A stretch of DNA of 63,716 nt, filler included, from Reticulomyxa filosa (lineage: Eukaryota; Protista; Foraminifera), in assembly GCA_000512085.1 (NCBI GenBank). It is 14 parts of 14 records of this genome, joined end to end, with 100 filler letters (N's around TTAATTAATTAA, not from the genome) between each part and the next. Parts side by side here need not be neighbours in the genome. Positions count along the whole stretch, not along the records: positions 8,005 to 28,372 come from ASPP01011113.1; 13 more parts are not named here. One strand, written 5' to 3'. How positions within the stretch are numbered: position 1 is the first letter of the stretch; every line of letters starts with the position of its first letter. Below, one piece after another: positions 12,502-26,051 of this stretch. The translations under genes were made by a program, and so were the position numbers. The notes under the pieces were generated by a model. That model was not told the origin of the DNA, ran no database searches, and saw only the letters and a list, made by a program, of their open reading frames with translations.

Positions 12502-14512
12502 ATGGCTACTTTGGGACCATCACAACCGGAAACAAACATCATGTCCTTGACAGTTCAAGGCAAAGACTTGGAAGAAAAGAAGTTAGAGGAAAGCTCTGGT
12601 GCGTCAACAAACAAATCAGTATCAAGTTCAGAGTTTTGGTGTGACTATTGCAACAGCCACCACCGGCAAGCTGATTTATTTTTGTGGAGCAGATGTGAAC
12701 ACAAATGGTCACGCCAATGTGCGCATCGCATAATAATGGATCAATTGAAGGAAGAGAATCTTCCGCGATGTAGGATGAAAAAGTGTGGAAGAGAGTTAGA
12801 AGAAGCGGAAGCCTGCATGTTGCTCAACGAGGAAGAATTGGGATTGCTTGTGTCAATATCAATGAAATGGATGATGGCAATGAACATCAGCGAGGATGGT
12901 CTGAGCAGACCAATGGATTTTGAAATACAGGATATGGCATCGGTGTCAACAGACGGAGTACAACACAAAGCAAAGGAAGATGAAAAGCAAGCAAAGAGTA
13001 AGACAATGGACACTTTGTCATCGGAAGAGAAAAAAGACGACGGACTAATGCAAAAGTCGTCAGACCAGACGAGGACAACGAAAGAAGACAATAGCAACGG
13101 AGAGAGTTTCGAATGCATGGGATGCCATCAAATGGAAAAGAAAGCTACATTGTTCAATTGGAGTAGTTGCAAACATGCGTACAGCAAAGAATGCGCAACC
13201 AATGCTGTCGTTGAACAGCTGACGATGCAAATAATGCCCTTCTGCAGGGTCACTGGTTGTCAAAGCATATTGTTAGATCTGGATGCAAAGGCCTTGCTTT
13301 TGCCATCGATTTATAATATCTATATTAACGTGTCTGTCAACAGTTCATCCAAGCCTTTGTCATTCCAAAGTCAAATGGCGCAACAATCCCACAACACTTC
13401 TTCTGCTGACACTTGCGCGCTGTGCAAAGCGGCCAAATCCACAACTTCCACTGTACAATTAAAAAATTGTGGTCATCAATTCTGCAAGGGCTGCATTGGC
13501 AAGTCTATCATCAATCAAATTGGACTGATGAATATTTTTCCTCCCAATTGCCCTATTTGCCATGTCGAGTTTTGTTACTTGCAAATAAAACACTCATTGA
13601 ATTGCACATGCCTTCTTTCAACCCTTTTTGTTTGTTTCTGTTTGGATTGCAAAACACTCAAAAAAGCTTGGAAAGTGAGGAAACAAGTGTATTAATCCCC
13701 GAATTTATCGAACAACAAGAGGCAATCCAAGAGGGGAAAGCGGAGGTGGATCCTCTTGCTGGACTTTCAATCTCTTCGTCGAGTATTGCTACTTCAGGCC
13801 TCAACTCGTTTGAAAAGCCTGCCAAGCCTTCCAATCGTCGGGAAAAATCACAAGCCAACAGACATAAAAAAAATCATCACTGACACGGACGATACGAAGA
13901 CAGAAGATTGGAATGGTCAAGGGATGCCGGATATTCGGACTTATTGTTTGACGCCCGACTGCGGAGAAGAAATAGCTGATCCAAATAATCCATATTTCGC
14001 CTGCGGGAAGTGTGGACTTATTTGGTGTTTATGGTGCAAAACCGAGTGGCATTTTGGAATGACTTGTGGAGAATATGAACAACAGTTAGTTGAAATGGCT
14101 TATCATGAGTTGGGATCTACGAATCGAGAGAATTTGAAAGGTACCTGATGAGTTCTTTGTGGAAAATAAACTGAGTCAACGAACAATGTCATTGTCTTTA
14201 TTCTTTTTTTTTCACGATCTCACAAAATAAAGGACAAGCACCGTATCAAAGTGAATTTGCAGAAAAAAAAGACGATGAGCAAAGCAACGAGACAAATACT
14301 GCAGACAGCCAACTGCAATCGAAAGATTTAAATAAATCCACGAATGCACAAAAAGAAGACAAACTACAGCCGAGTTACAACAACCAAAGACTGCACAACT
14401 TCAAACATGCAATCATGCTACTGCGGACAAGTTGCAATGCTCAATTTGTAACAATCAATTGACTGGAACACAAATACAATCAAGAGATCTAACGGAAAAA
14501 ACAAGTAAATAA
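12502..14512 (+). CDS. RBR-related zinc-finger protein: three tandem RING-like units plus IBR; ~3 exons; apparent homopolymer frameshifts
   Basis: RING-like units CDYC..CEHKWSRQC..CRMKKC, CMGC..CKHAYSKEC..CRVTGC and CALC..CGHQFCKGC..CPIC. IBR: CLTPDC..CGKCGLIWCLWCKTEWHFGMTC. Confidence 0.78.
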
Positions 14513-14846
14513 ACAGAACTTGTCGATGCAACAAAAATTTTTTTATTGACAAAAATTTAAGAGAAAAAATTAATCGTGGTCATTGTTTGCATCGAATGTA
14601 TTAAAATAAGACCTTTCCATTTCGAAATTTGTTGCTCTTCGTTCTTTGTTCCAGTTTTGTTTTAACAATGTTATATGAAACAAAACTCGAATTTTGGTAA
14701 AGAATATTTCCATTTTTGACTTAACCAAAGTTGGTGTTCGAAAAGAGAACACGATAAACTAAAACTGTCCTTGACACAAAAAATGTACAATTGTTTTTTC
14801 CAAAAAAAGCTGGAATTTACATATTAACACTTTTTGAAGATACACA

Positions 14847-17800
14847 TCACTCGGCATCGTCATCAGGGTCAATTTCGACTTCATCTATAGCGTCTAAAAC
14901 CATTTTTGTAAATTTGGTCTCATCTTGAGAAGTACTTCCTCCTCGTACACGGGTAGTTGGGCTGGTCAAAAAGGAAATCGATTTTTGTGATTCTAAGCCA
15001 CGAGGGCCGGCCACATTAAGATTGGATGCATCCCTCTTTAAAGTTCCAGGCTGGCCTTTCTTTTGGTTCGATGGATCGGCGTCCATAGCTCCTGATACGC
15101 GTGTCGCTCGACGATTGTGAATCGAAGACATTGAAACCAATTGATCCAATTGTTTGGTGTAACTTTTGCCTCGAGTGGTGAGCCTTGTTTCAATAGCTTG
15201 TTGTGTTGCGGCAGGCAAATTTTTAATTTCAGGTTTTTTTTCCAAAACTTTGTATTTTTCTAATGCACTTTTTTTTTCTTTTCTTTTTTTCCTTTTTACG
15301 TTCTTTTTTTTCTTCTTTTCGTCGTGCTTTTCTTTCTTCTTTCGTTTCCTCTTTGGGTTGTGTCTCTGTAGCAATTTTCACAGTGTTGATTGCAGTATTT
15401 TCCTTGGCATTTTTTGAAGCGTTTGGTGCTTCTCCTTTGCCTCTATTTGCAATGGCTTTTTCACGTTCTTGCTGTGCTTTCTTTTTCTCAAGTGGTGACA
15501 CTGCGTCTGCCTTTTTTTTGTTTTGCTCTTTTTCTATTTTCTCTCGTTGTTTGCGCTCTTGTTCTTCCTTCCATTCTAACGCCTCCGTCGTTTGCTTCAC
15601 ACTTGTGCTAAATGCATTCAATTGATTCAAATAGTCTTTGTTGTCGGCATCTTTTTCTCCCAAATATTTTCTTTCACAACACCAACCCCAAATGTTTCGT
15701 TTTTTATTCCTCCCTCTCCATACAAAAGAATCCAAACAAATCATGCACAAAAAAAAAACTGTATTACCCTAGAGTTTGAATGCTTTCCATCGCTTTCTTG
15801 AAGGCTTTTTCTAAAGAAGTATATTTTGGATACGCATTTTTGTAGAAATCTCCCATGATGTTGGTAAATAAATCTTGTGAGGAATCTTCCTTATCTTCTT
15901 CATCTTTTTCTTTCGTTCCATCTGATTTCAGTCGTTTGTTGACATCATCCAATCGTTTGCCAAGATCCTTAATATCACTTTCCAGCTGATTTGTATCCAC
16001 TACAAAACAACAATCATACATTGGGTTTATTTATTTATATATATCAAATAAATTAACAAATAGAGAGTATCTTAACGGCGAATGGCTTCCGGCAAAGATT
16101 CTTCAAAATCACTTGCCCACATTAAAGCATCAGGATGATTGACCCTACATTGAGTCACAATGAAGGTCAATAATGATTCTTTGCCATCAAGAGATTTACT
16201 GGACTCCAATTGCGTTAACGTATCCAATTTGAACCCGATGGCACCACCTTTCTTTGTTCCAGAATTCATATAGTTACCAACCACCAAAACAAATGACAGC
16301 AGTTTTTTAAATGATTCGCTGTTTCTGCAGTAACAAACAATATTTATGGTGTGCAGGGAAAACAAAATAAAAGTGTAATATATACACATATATGGATTAG
16401 ATAGATAGAATTATGTAAGTGAAGTGAACTTGACAATGTCATGCGCTTTTTGCAAAATGGAAACTTTGAGATTATTGTCTTCATACAATTCAGGAAATTG
16501 AATTTTGAAAATCCATAATGACAAACGTTCTTGCAAAAATGGGATATCTTTGAGTGCATAAAAAAATTGGTCAGGGATATCCAAGTCATTTGAATCGCCA
16601 TCCCAATTGCGATAGAGCTCCTGTTCTGCCTCTTCAGGAACATATTTTTGTAACTTTAGCAAAGTATCAAGTTTCAATTCGTTTTCGTCCATTCCCATGA
16701 TGGCATCATGAATAACAAGATTGGATTTTTTCAATCGTGACAATCCAATGGACACATTGTAATGTTTTTTTTGGTCGTGATCAGCCAATAGTGACACAAT
16801 TTTTTTTTTTGCTTTTTTGTCTTCTTTGTCGGTATCATTTCCACCACCACCTTTTTTCTTTCCTTTTTTTTTATTTTCCGGTTGCTGAAAGAGTGTTTCC
16901 AAGCTATCAATATCCAACTTCACAACCACTTTGCTGTCCTCTTTTTTTTTGATCTCCGAGCGCGACTCTTTTTTTTCGTCGGCCTTTTTGGTTTGGACCA
17001 CAATGTCCAATGTCTCGAGACGCATATCCGACCAAATCGTATCGGCCGTGTCATTTGGACGTTTCAGTGCATTCCAATGTAAGTTCTTCACTTTGATTCG
17101 AGGCTTGGGAGTGTCGATGACAGGAGCCTTGGATGCTTTTTCGGATAGCGTCGGCAAACCTGGAAGAGTTGGCAAGCCTCCAGCAGAGGGTATCGGTGCC
17201 AATCCAGGTAGTGATGGCAACGGCACGGGTGCTCCACCCAATGGTATCGGGGCAGGCAACGGCACGGAGGTCGAGCCAGGGAGAGGGGCGCCCAGAGTTG
17301 GAAGCACTCCTACTTTGACTGAGGGAAGTGGCGCAGGGACAGGAGCTCCGCCTGTGCTTGTGGGAAGAGGAGCAGGAGCAGGAACAGGAACAGGGGCCCC
17401 TTTTGTGTTCGTTGGAAGTGGAGCAGGAACTGGAGCAGGAACTGGAGCAGGAATTGGAGCTGGAGTTGGTGCTCCACCTTTGGTTGCTGGAAGTGGAGCA
17501 GGAATTGGAGCTCCTCCCGTGACAGTTGGCAGTGGAGCCGGTGTTATTGAAATGATTGTTGAAATTGGAGCTGGTGATAACGTCTTACCGGTATCGTCGA
17601 CAGGAATGGACTGCGACTTTTTATTAAGCAATGGCAGTGTTGGAATGGCCTACAAACACATTATGTGCATGTCCAATTGAGGACTGAGAGATTCCATTGG
17701 GAGAGATGTCATGTATTGTGTGCATATGTGTGTTAAGTCTCACTGTTCGTTTTTTGAGGATTTCAATCTGCAATGACATAAGTTGTGTTTTTGTATTGTG

Positions 17801-20386
17801 TTTTAATTTCGTCCAGTTCATTTGCGTTCTCAATTTGATCAACTCTCTCTTGCTTTCGTCCAGTTGAGATCGCAAGTTCTCCATTTCTTGTTTGGACAAT
17901 CGTACTTCATCATTTTCGACTTCTTCTTCTGCCATGCTTAGCCATTTTTTCATTAGTTGAAAGCTTGGGAATCCCCCCTCTGGTTATTCGTTTACAAAAA
18001 AAAAAATTATACATATACATACATGTATGTGTGTATACACAAGTGTATGATAAATAACCATGAATTAATTGCAATTCTTGCAAAAGTTGACTCTTTTCTT
18101 GAAATTGCTGAATCTTTTCTTCTTCAGTTTTGTTTTGATCATCAGGTGACTCTTCATCACACATGGCACGCAATTTGACGGCCATTTCTCCCGTGGTGCT
18201 TAATAAAATGATTTTTTCAAAGATAGTCCACAAATAGGTCTTTGATTTGGGTATTAGTAATAGTCCAGCCAAAATGTGAGTCAAATCGGGCAAATGCTTT
18301 TCGCGTAATGCCTTTTTGAACAACAAATGATACGCTTGCTCAGGATCACTGAGATTGGTATTGTTCCAAATGACTTGTTGATCATCTTCATCTTTCATGT
18401 CGTAATACAATTGCAATTGCTGCGCTAGCAGTAGGTACTGTGGTTCAATGATATCATCATTCTCCACCACTTTGCGAATCAAACGTTTTACAATGCGGGC
18501 GTCTGCAAACAAGGTCTTTTTTGGCTGTTCTTTGTCTGTTGTTTCATCATCACCCTTTTTGTCCTCATTTTTATTGCTTTCTTGTTTATCTTTCTCTTTG
18601 TCTTTATTGTTTTTATCTTTATCTTTATCTTTATCTTGGTCTTGATCATCTTGCTCCTCATCATCACTGATTTCACCCTCGGCGATCAACTTCTTTACCA
18701 CTTCATGTAGTCGTTTCATCATTTCCTTTAATTCATGGACATTATAAAGAAGGAAGAGGACTATTCATTATCCAGGTATGTAAGACGAAAAGCAGACAAA
18801 CACAAACTTGTAATATACTGTCAAATCCAAGTTCACTCAAATTGTGTCGAGCCAAGACACGTTCATCAATTTCCGGCATAAAGCCTAATGCGGCATTGAT
18901 TAATTGCAATGCCGCGCAACGAAAGTTGAGATCGGTTTCAAAATAAATGCCACGCACAAACTCCTCAAAGACGCTGCCGTTGTTGTGAGCATCGCTATAG
19001 GCATGTAGTGCTCCCGTCACTTTGGATAGGCCGTCATCGTTGTATACCATCAACGCGGTCAACAATTTGGTGACCTTCAATCGAACTTCCACATTTCGAT
19101 TTTCGAACATATTGGTGATCGCTTGCACTGCGTGACTGAGATTTGTGTGTTAACCCCATCTCATGCAAAGACAAATCGTATAAATTAATTTTAAATATGT
19201 TAAATAAGTTTATACCTGTGTTCAACTAAAAGACCACATCCGATATTGACTCCGTCAATATCCTGTGTGTCCAAAATGACCGTCACGATATCAAGTATGC
19301 CGAGGAGCCAACGATGATCCTGAACATTGCGGACTGCCAATGTGCACAGAGATGTGATGCCCGATGCCGCTACAAAATCCTCGACCAACGACGAGGATCC
19401 TGAGCTTTTGATCACCGCAGATTTTGCAAACATTGTCAAAATGCGGGCAATTTCTTGAATGTATACCAATTGGACGACATGTGATTGTCGCAAGAACTAG
19501 GTCCCACATTAACAAACACAACTGTGATATACCTTTTTCCTTAAATAAATAAAGTCAAAAGACAACACCAAACATCGGCAAATAGTTTTCCACCATTGGG
19601 CTTGTTTTTCCACGTTTCGAACATTTCGATCATCACTTGTTGTTGTTGTGAGTCTATTGATTCTTCTGTCTCGCTATGTCGCTTAGTCACCACCCGACTA
19701 CTTATGGCCAGTGCAGGCTTTGTTTCCGATTGTGGGAGCTGTGGCGTCACTGGTCCACTGATCACTGGTCCTCTCGCTCTTTTATGCACACATGCATATG
19801 GTATACATGTGGGGATCAACCAAAAACGTAAACATCAATTTGGCTTTTTTTCTTTTCTTTATTCCCCTCTTTCTCTATCTTGTTCTATTCTCAAAAACAT
19901 AGATTGCAAATCAATCTACATACCCTCCACTACCACTTGGGTTACAGTTGAGCAATATCGCAGCTGCTTTGTCTCTATCTTCTCCACTGCTGAAAGCAAA
20001 ATAATGCTCGCCTTGTTTTTTGAGCTTCATTTTCATTCCAAAATCTTCACGGTCTTTTTCAAATTGATACAACTCAATCACGTGCTCATTCAAATCAAAT
20101 TCAAACCGAGGCGAGTTGGGTATCTTTTCAAACTCGTGTTTGTCACGATAGATGCGCAATGTTTGACTACTGCATTCTATCACTACAAACCTTGTTTTGA
20201 ATTCATTACTGTGAAACATTTTTTGTGGTTTTTTATAACGAACGTGCTCTTTGAACGTGTCACTTGTCCCGTCTCTTGAGCATTTCGGTTCGTCTGAGGA
20301 CGTGTTACTGTTATTGTCAAATTTCCACCATTCGCGCTACCTGCAGTACTACTATTCTGCGCCTGCTTTTTTCCTGTCTGACTCAT
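14847..20386 (-). CDS. Formin: N-terminal PH-like domain, GBD/FH3, Pro-rich FH1, FH2 and charged C-terminal tail; multi-exon
   Basis: FH2 motifs KNLHWNAL, DTIWS, YNVSIGLSRLK, GNYMNSG and AIGFKLDTL. PAP-rich FH1 at ~17130-17560. FH3-like FRCAALQLINA...RHNLSELGF. PH-like EFKTRFVVIE...LRIYRDK...YFAFSSGEDRDK. Confidence 0.92.
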
Positions 20387-20829
20387 TCCTGGTCGTTAAT
20401 CTTTAAAACATTAAAAAAAGGCAGCACTAAAAACTTTTGTCGTGCTTTTGCTCAAGTTAAACAACAAAACTTGTCACAATTTTAAGAAGATTGCATCATG
20501 TATTGCTCGCGTTTTTGTTAAAAAGAGTCAAGCATTATCTTTGAACTTTAACAAAATTTCACAAAGTTTGAGTACCACATAGTATTTGTGAGAAAGTTAA
20601 CATTGTTTTTTATATTTTTTTGTTTGTGGAGTGTTATAACTAAAAAACAAGCATTAAAATGTGTTCCATTTTTGAAATAAATCAGAATTGTAAAGTTTAC
20701 AAGTAATTCAAAACTTAGTGGGAAAGTTTTCAAAGACGAACACTAACTTTCAAGGCTTGTAACACAAAATTTCAAAGTTCTATCACAAAAACAAAGCAGT
20801 TCCATTGATTTTCCTTCGAAATTTGAGAA

Positions 20830-22244
20830 ATGGCCTCAAATCAAGGAAATAAAAAGAAGCAGTCTTCTGTCTGCTGTGTTGTCAACCAAAGTAAACCTTT
20901 GGAAGAGCCTTTGATTGAAATGCGTAGCAGCTCAACAGGTTAGCAACGGCGTGGTAAGTTGGCATTGTTCGTTGTAGTTGTGCCAAACTGTAGACAAAAA
21001 AAAAAAAAAAAAAAATTGAAAAATACAGATATGAAAAGCTATGAACATGAAGGTGTTGTAATGCATATGGTTCGTATTGTACATGTTGTTGAAAGTAGTA
21101 TTTGTTAACACACATACACAAAACATACATAAAAACGGGATTGGAATAACGTTAATGATGGTCCAGAAGAAAAGATGTTAAATGTGAAAATGCAAGGAAG
21201 AAGTGCAAGTGAAAAGGAAAAACGGCAAATAAACTTTTTGAAAAGCGTGATGTCGAAGGCGTTGCAAGCAGAGTCGGTGCGAATCGATCACAACGATTTG
21301 CTTCATCAAAAACCGATGATGAAGGATATGTTTATTGACAGTCACATTGCAACCGCAACGATCATTCATGGTTTGTTGTTACTTATTTCGTTGGGACTAA
21401 TGGTGCTGATGTTTTTTGGGTAAACTCCATTTTGCCAACATAAATCAGCTCACAAGCCAACAAAGGACAGAACAAATGAACAAATAAACAAATAAACAAA
21501 TAAATAAAAACAGAATGAAACCAGCCTCGGTAATGTTGGGAGGGGTGGCCATTTCGAGTAATGTGTTCGGTCTGACTCAAAGCATGTATGGCGGCAGTGT
21601 CACAAAGAAAGGACAGAAATTAGACAAAGCCTTGCAAAAGTTCGCCGTCATAGTGGCCCAATTCGCGAAGGCACTAAAAATTCAAGAGACATATTTCAAT
21701 GAAATGAAAAAGTCATTAAATGAATTGATAAGAATCCTTGATCCATTTTCTCGTGAATCCAAAAATTTGGACATCAAAGCTCGCGATACCACAAACGCAC
21801 TCACGATCATTCAAAGCGAGGTTATGCACCAACACACATTGTGGCTACGAGCTTGGTTCGATCAATATCACTTGCTGGACAATCGGGCGGAAATTGACCA
21901 AAAAGAATACTCTGATTTTGTGGAAGCTTTGCCTATCGAGTCAAAAAAGTGCTTGCAAGAGCTAAATAAACAGCGAACCGAAGCAAGCACCTCACGTCAC
22001 AGCGATAGATTATCCTATTACGATCTAGGGGCTTTGATCGAACGTGTCATTCATTCCCAATCCAACTTGTTAAGAATCAAACTCACCCAAATAAAAACGT
22101 TTTTCGAAAGAGTCTTTTTTGTGTGTTCTCCCTCTGACTTTTACATCATTGGATACCAGCACAAGCATCAAGAGAGATACCGAAGAAAAAATTGACAGTG
22201 GAAAATTCGTAAGAAAGCTGAGTCAGAAAATAGAAGAGGGCTGA
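20830..22244 (+). CDS. Uncharacterised membrane protein (two hydrophobic segments, coiled coil, degenerate EF-hand-like motif); multi-exon
   Basis: ORFs 21175-21423 and 21515-22195 are linked by a GT-AG intron. Hydrophobic IIHGLLLLISLGLMVLMFF and VMLGGVAISSNVFGL; DNRAEIDQKEYSDFVEALP. The 5' exons are uncertain. Confidence 0.5.
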
Positions 22245-23829
22245 GTAACTGCAACCTTTGGCAAAGACTTCTTTGCTTCCAATTTCGTGTCCCAGTACAA
22301 ACCTAGGGGATAAAAAATCATTACAATAAGTAATTACTACATCCATGTACCATTTTTTCAAAATTAGCCAAAGGTTGAAAACTATCGCTTTTTGTTCAAC
22401 GTTGGAAAAAAAATAAAGAAAATACAAAGGTTGATATTTTCATTTTGTCTCGTATTCATTTTACATTCAATCTACCAATTTCCTTCCTCTCTCAAAGTTG
22501 TTTTGCAACTTTTTTCACTGAATTCTAGACCAGACTTTCATATCACATTACCTTTTTTTGCCCATTGCACGACAATGACTAATCAGTGCAAAAGTGCATA
22601 TCTACCATAAAAGACAGCGACAAAAACAAATTTACAAAATATTTTTTATGGAAACATCAACAATATATCGTGTCTGGCTTCAGTTTCCCTAATGTTGTTT
22701 GTTTTAACAATGAAACCAAAATCAAATATGTCTGTTGTAAATTATTTGAAGAGTTTTATTTACCCTTTTTTAAGATTAAACAAAAAATTGACTAGATTTC
22801 ACAATAATCTTTGCAAATATTGTCTGAAACGACAGTGTGAAAGACAAGATCATCAAAATTTAAGGTGGGACAGATCATTCAATCAATAAATGTTAAATGT
22901 ATTTAAACCACTTGCTGGCGGAGAAGGCGACGCTAAACCAACAAACGTATAAACAATTAAGAAATCATTACGCAAAATGAAGAAGCATTGACGTTATTGA
23001 CTGGAGATTAAATAAAGCAACAATTAGAAGATGCTAATAATGACGTTTTGAAAAAATGGATTACAATGATATTAAAAAGTAGATTATAAAGAATATAGTA
23101 TTTTGTTGGAATCCAAACATTTTATGAAAACGACATAACGTGAGCAATGAAGAAAGAAATTTGGATGATGTAAAAACAGTAGAATAAATTTTGCAATGTA
23201 ATGAACAATATTTTAGTTATTTTACCTATTAAAAAAATATAGTAACTTTTGAAGTTGAAAATAACAGCACGTAATAAAAAGAAATTGATTAATACAAATG
23301 TAATAAAAAGTGATTAGTAATTTTGATATATACACATTGACGGGAATATGATGAATCATATAATTTAATAAGAAAAATGTTAATAATAAACAAATGCAAA
23401 TGTTGATTAGATAAACATTACCTTTAATTTTTTCAATAGAATAAGCAAATAAATAATTATATCGAAAACAAAGAAAAATAGAAACTTCAAAAAATATTGT
23501 GGTATTTACTATTAATTTGCAAAAATATTTGAATGTTATGTAAATGTAAACATAAAATAATTATGTATTGAGTATGATCGACAGACAATGAATGCAATTG
23601 AAATAAAACGAAGTGATATGAAAAAAGTATGTTGAAAGAAAAATATGATAAAATGATATGTTGAACAATAAAAAATGAAAATAATTATTTACAAATAAAC
23701 AATAAAATATTTTAAATTATAAATTATAAGATATAACATAAATTTACTAAAACAATATCAAATAAGTTAGATATTTTGAATATAATAAATAAGTAGTCGA
23801 TTTACAAATTTAAAATTAGCTAGTTCATC

Positions 23830-24648
23830 TTTATACTGGACTGAACTTTTTCCAATGATTGTCGGATTGTTTCGATTTCACTGCATATCATTGTTGTGAT
23901 ACCTTTGATTGGGAATTCTAATCCGATCAACTGCGACTGAGATGACCAATCCTGCTCATTCAAGTCCTTGGTCTGCGAATATCACGATTGTACTTTCAGC
24001 CAGTGTGATTAAAATCTCTTCTGATGTTGGCACCTTCTATTTTTCTAAAGAATGTGGGAGTCTTGCAATCTGCATTGGTAAATTGCTTTTATGTGAATAT
24101 TGATCAGGTTGCACATCTGGAACACTAACTTCAAAAGCATGGATATGATCTTGATAATGTAGATAATTTTCATCTATAACTTATCTTTACATTCCACAAT
24201 TAATAAGCCATAGATAAATTATGATTTGGAAACTTCTTACTCCAACGAATGTGTTTGTGATACAATTTTAATTCTTCTTAGTTCACATGGAGGCATATGT
24301 GAAATTACATTCAATGTGTCATATAATGTCGATTTCATAATACCAAGGATATTGCACATTGATACTCTTTGAATTCTCTGATGCCCCATTCCGGAATGCA
24401 CAAGCATACTACAAAGATGGCCTGATAATTGTTGTATATAATAGATTATAAACTGATAAGCTTGGACGAATCACTTTGTACGAACACAGGAATGTCAAAT
24501 ATCCAAGTTTCTTTGATGCTTTGCCATAAACGTAATTAATGTGATGCTGGAATGTCATTTATTGATCACAAATATTTCACATAATCTACTTATTCAATAT
24601 TGCTTCAATTTAATTTTAATTTCATCTTTGGATATTTTCTTTTGTTCA
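23830..24648 (-). mobile_element. Decayed LINE (subfamily Y): RT thumb and downstream region
   Basis: Minus strand reads KYPKMKLKL...VKYL...HINYVYGKASKKLGYLTFLCSYKVIRPSLSVYNLLYTTIIRPSL*YACAF, with stops and indels. Confidence 0.8.
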
Positions 24649-25805
24649 ATAAATGGAAGATGTTGCAATGTATCACATTCAGACATCAGGATAAAAAGAA
24701 TCTCACAAAGATGAAATTAACATTACAGAATAAAACCTGAAAGAATGCGATCACGTGAAGTATCTTGGATTGTTTCTTGATTACCATATGACGTATTCCA
24801 AGCATGTTAATTACGTATACGGCAAGGCAGCGAGGAAACTTGGATATTTGACATACTTATGTTCATACAAAGGAGTCAGACCAAGTTTATATATGTACAA
24901 TTTATTATACAAGACAATCATCTGTCAAAGTATCGAGTATGCATCAGCATGTTGGAATGGTACAGCAGACACTCATAAGAGACAATAGGAGCGTATACAA
25001 AGGATTGCAATGTGTCGAATTGGTGTGATGAACCAGACTGTATATGACACAGAAAATATTATTTCCCAACTTCCTACTCTTGAATGGCGACGAAGACAAG
25101 AAGAAGTGAAGTTGTACAACAAGTGTATCAGATGGTCAGGTCGATTCAATGGTCATAATCTTGTATTGGCATACAAGATTTGGAATGAATCAAGACCAAA
25201 GACACATCTAAATTACTATCGATATTATCCATGCAGCTGATTCTGGAGAACCTGATTCACATACAATACCAAATACTCCACCAATGCAAATTGCAATAAT
25301 GCCACAATCGAACAAATTACCTTTTGCAATATTCAATGAACAAACATCAGACCAGGTTCTGGTATCGTTGGATGATGATTGTATTGTGATATTTTGATTG
25401 GAGATGCAGGGCTTGTAATTCAAGATCCAAGTTGCCAAAATGGTTGGAATTGGAATATCCGATCAATAGTATTACGACCAATATTAGATCTAAGATTGAA
25501 GCATTGAAATATGTCGGTGATCATTACATATTCCATTGTGGAGGAGTTCGTGATTAATGCAATATTCAACAAATGATTCTGACATCTATAAATTGCAAAT
25601 TATTGATTGTCAGAAGATATTGAAATCGATTAATTGTAATGTTTTTCTTTAATTACTTTTGTGTGGACCTTTCTGGTCGTTGTAAGATTTTGTGCTCTTT
25701 TAACTTGAAAGACCTGATCTTGTGCAGTAGAGAGTGCAAGTTGATAATGAAGCGATAGATCGAAGCTTGACACGTCCCCACTGCAGCTCATCTAACCTAT
25801 CTAAC
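24645..25805 (+). mobile_element. Decayed LINE (subfamily X) 3' half: RT thumb, RNase H-like remnant, putative 3' UTR ending ATCTAACCTATCTAAC
   Basis: VKYLGLFLDYHMTYSKHVNYVYGKAARKLG...IEYASACWNG; LPTLEWRRRQ; remnants CIVIF..DAGLVIQDP..KIEALKY. Confidence 0.8.
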
Positions 25806-25809
25806 AGGA

Positions 25810-26051
25810 AGAATGTATTGGCGGTTGGATAGTTTCCTCAAAGATCGAATAGGATAAGTAGTATTAAGCGTCTGTTCAAAATTCATTTCAATGTGGGATG
25901 TTGCATTGTGGACATTTATTTATACAAGTGATGAAAAAGAAATGGAACTAAAATTAATGCAAACAAGTTTGGATAATGTGTCATTATGGGCATTAAAATG
26001 GAAAATATTATTGGCTCCAGATAAGACTCAATCGATCACGTTCAAGATGAA
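25810..26051 (+). mobile_element. Decayed LINE (subfamily Y) RT fragment
   Basis: RLDSFLKDR; DVALWT...QTSLDNVSLWALKWKILLAPDKTQSITFK. Confidence 0.75.

Noticed and set aside
16931-17680. 249-aa Gly/Ala-rich plus-strand ORF
   Set aside because: Antisense shadow of the formin FH1/FH2 region.
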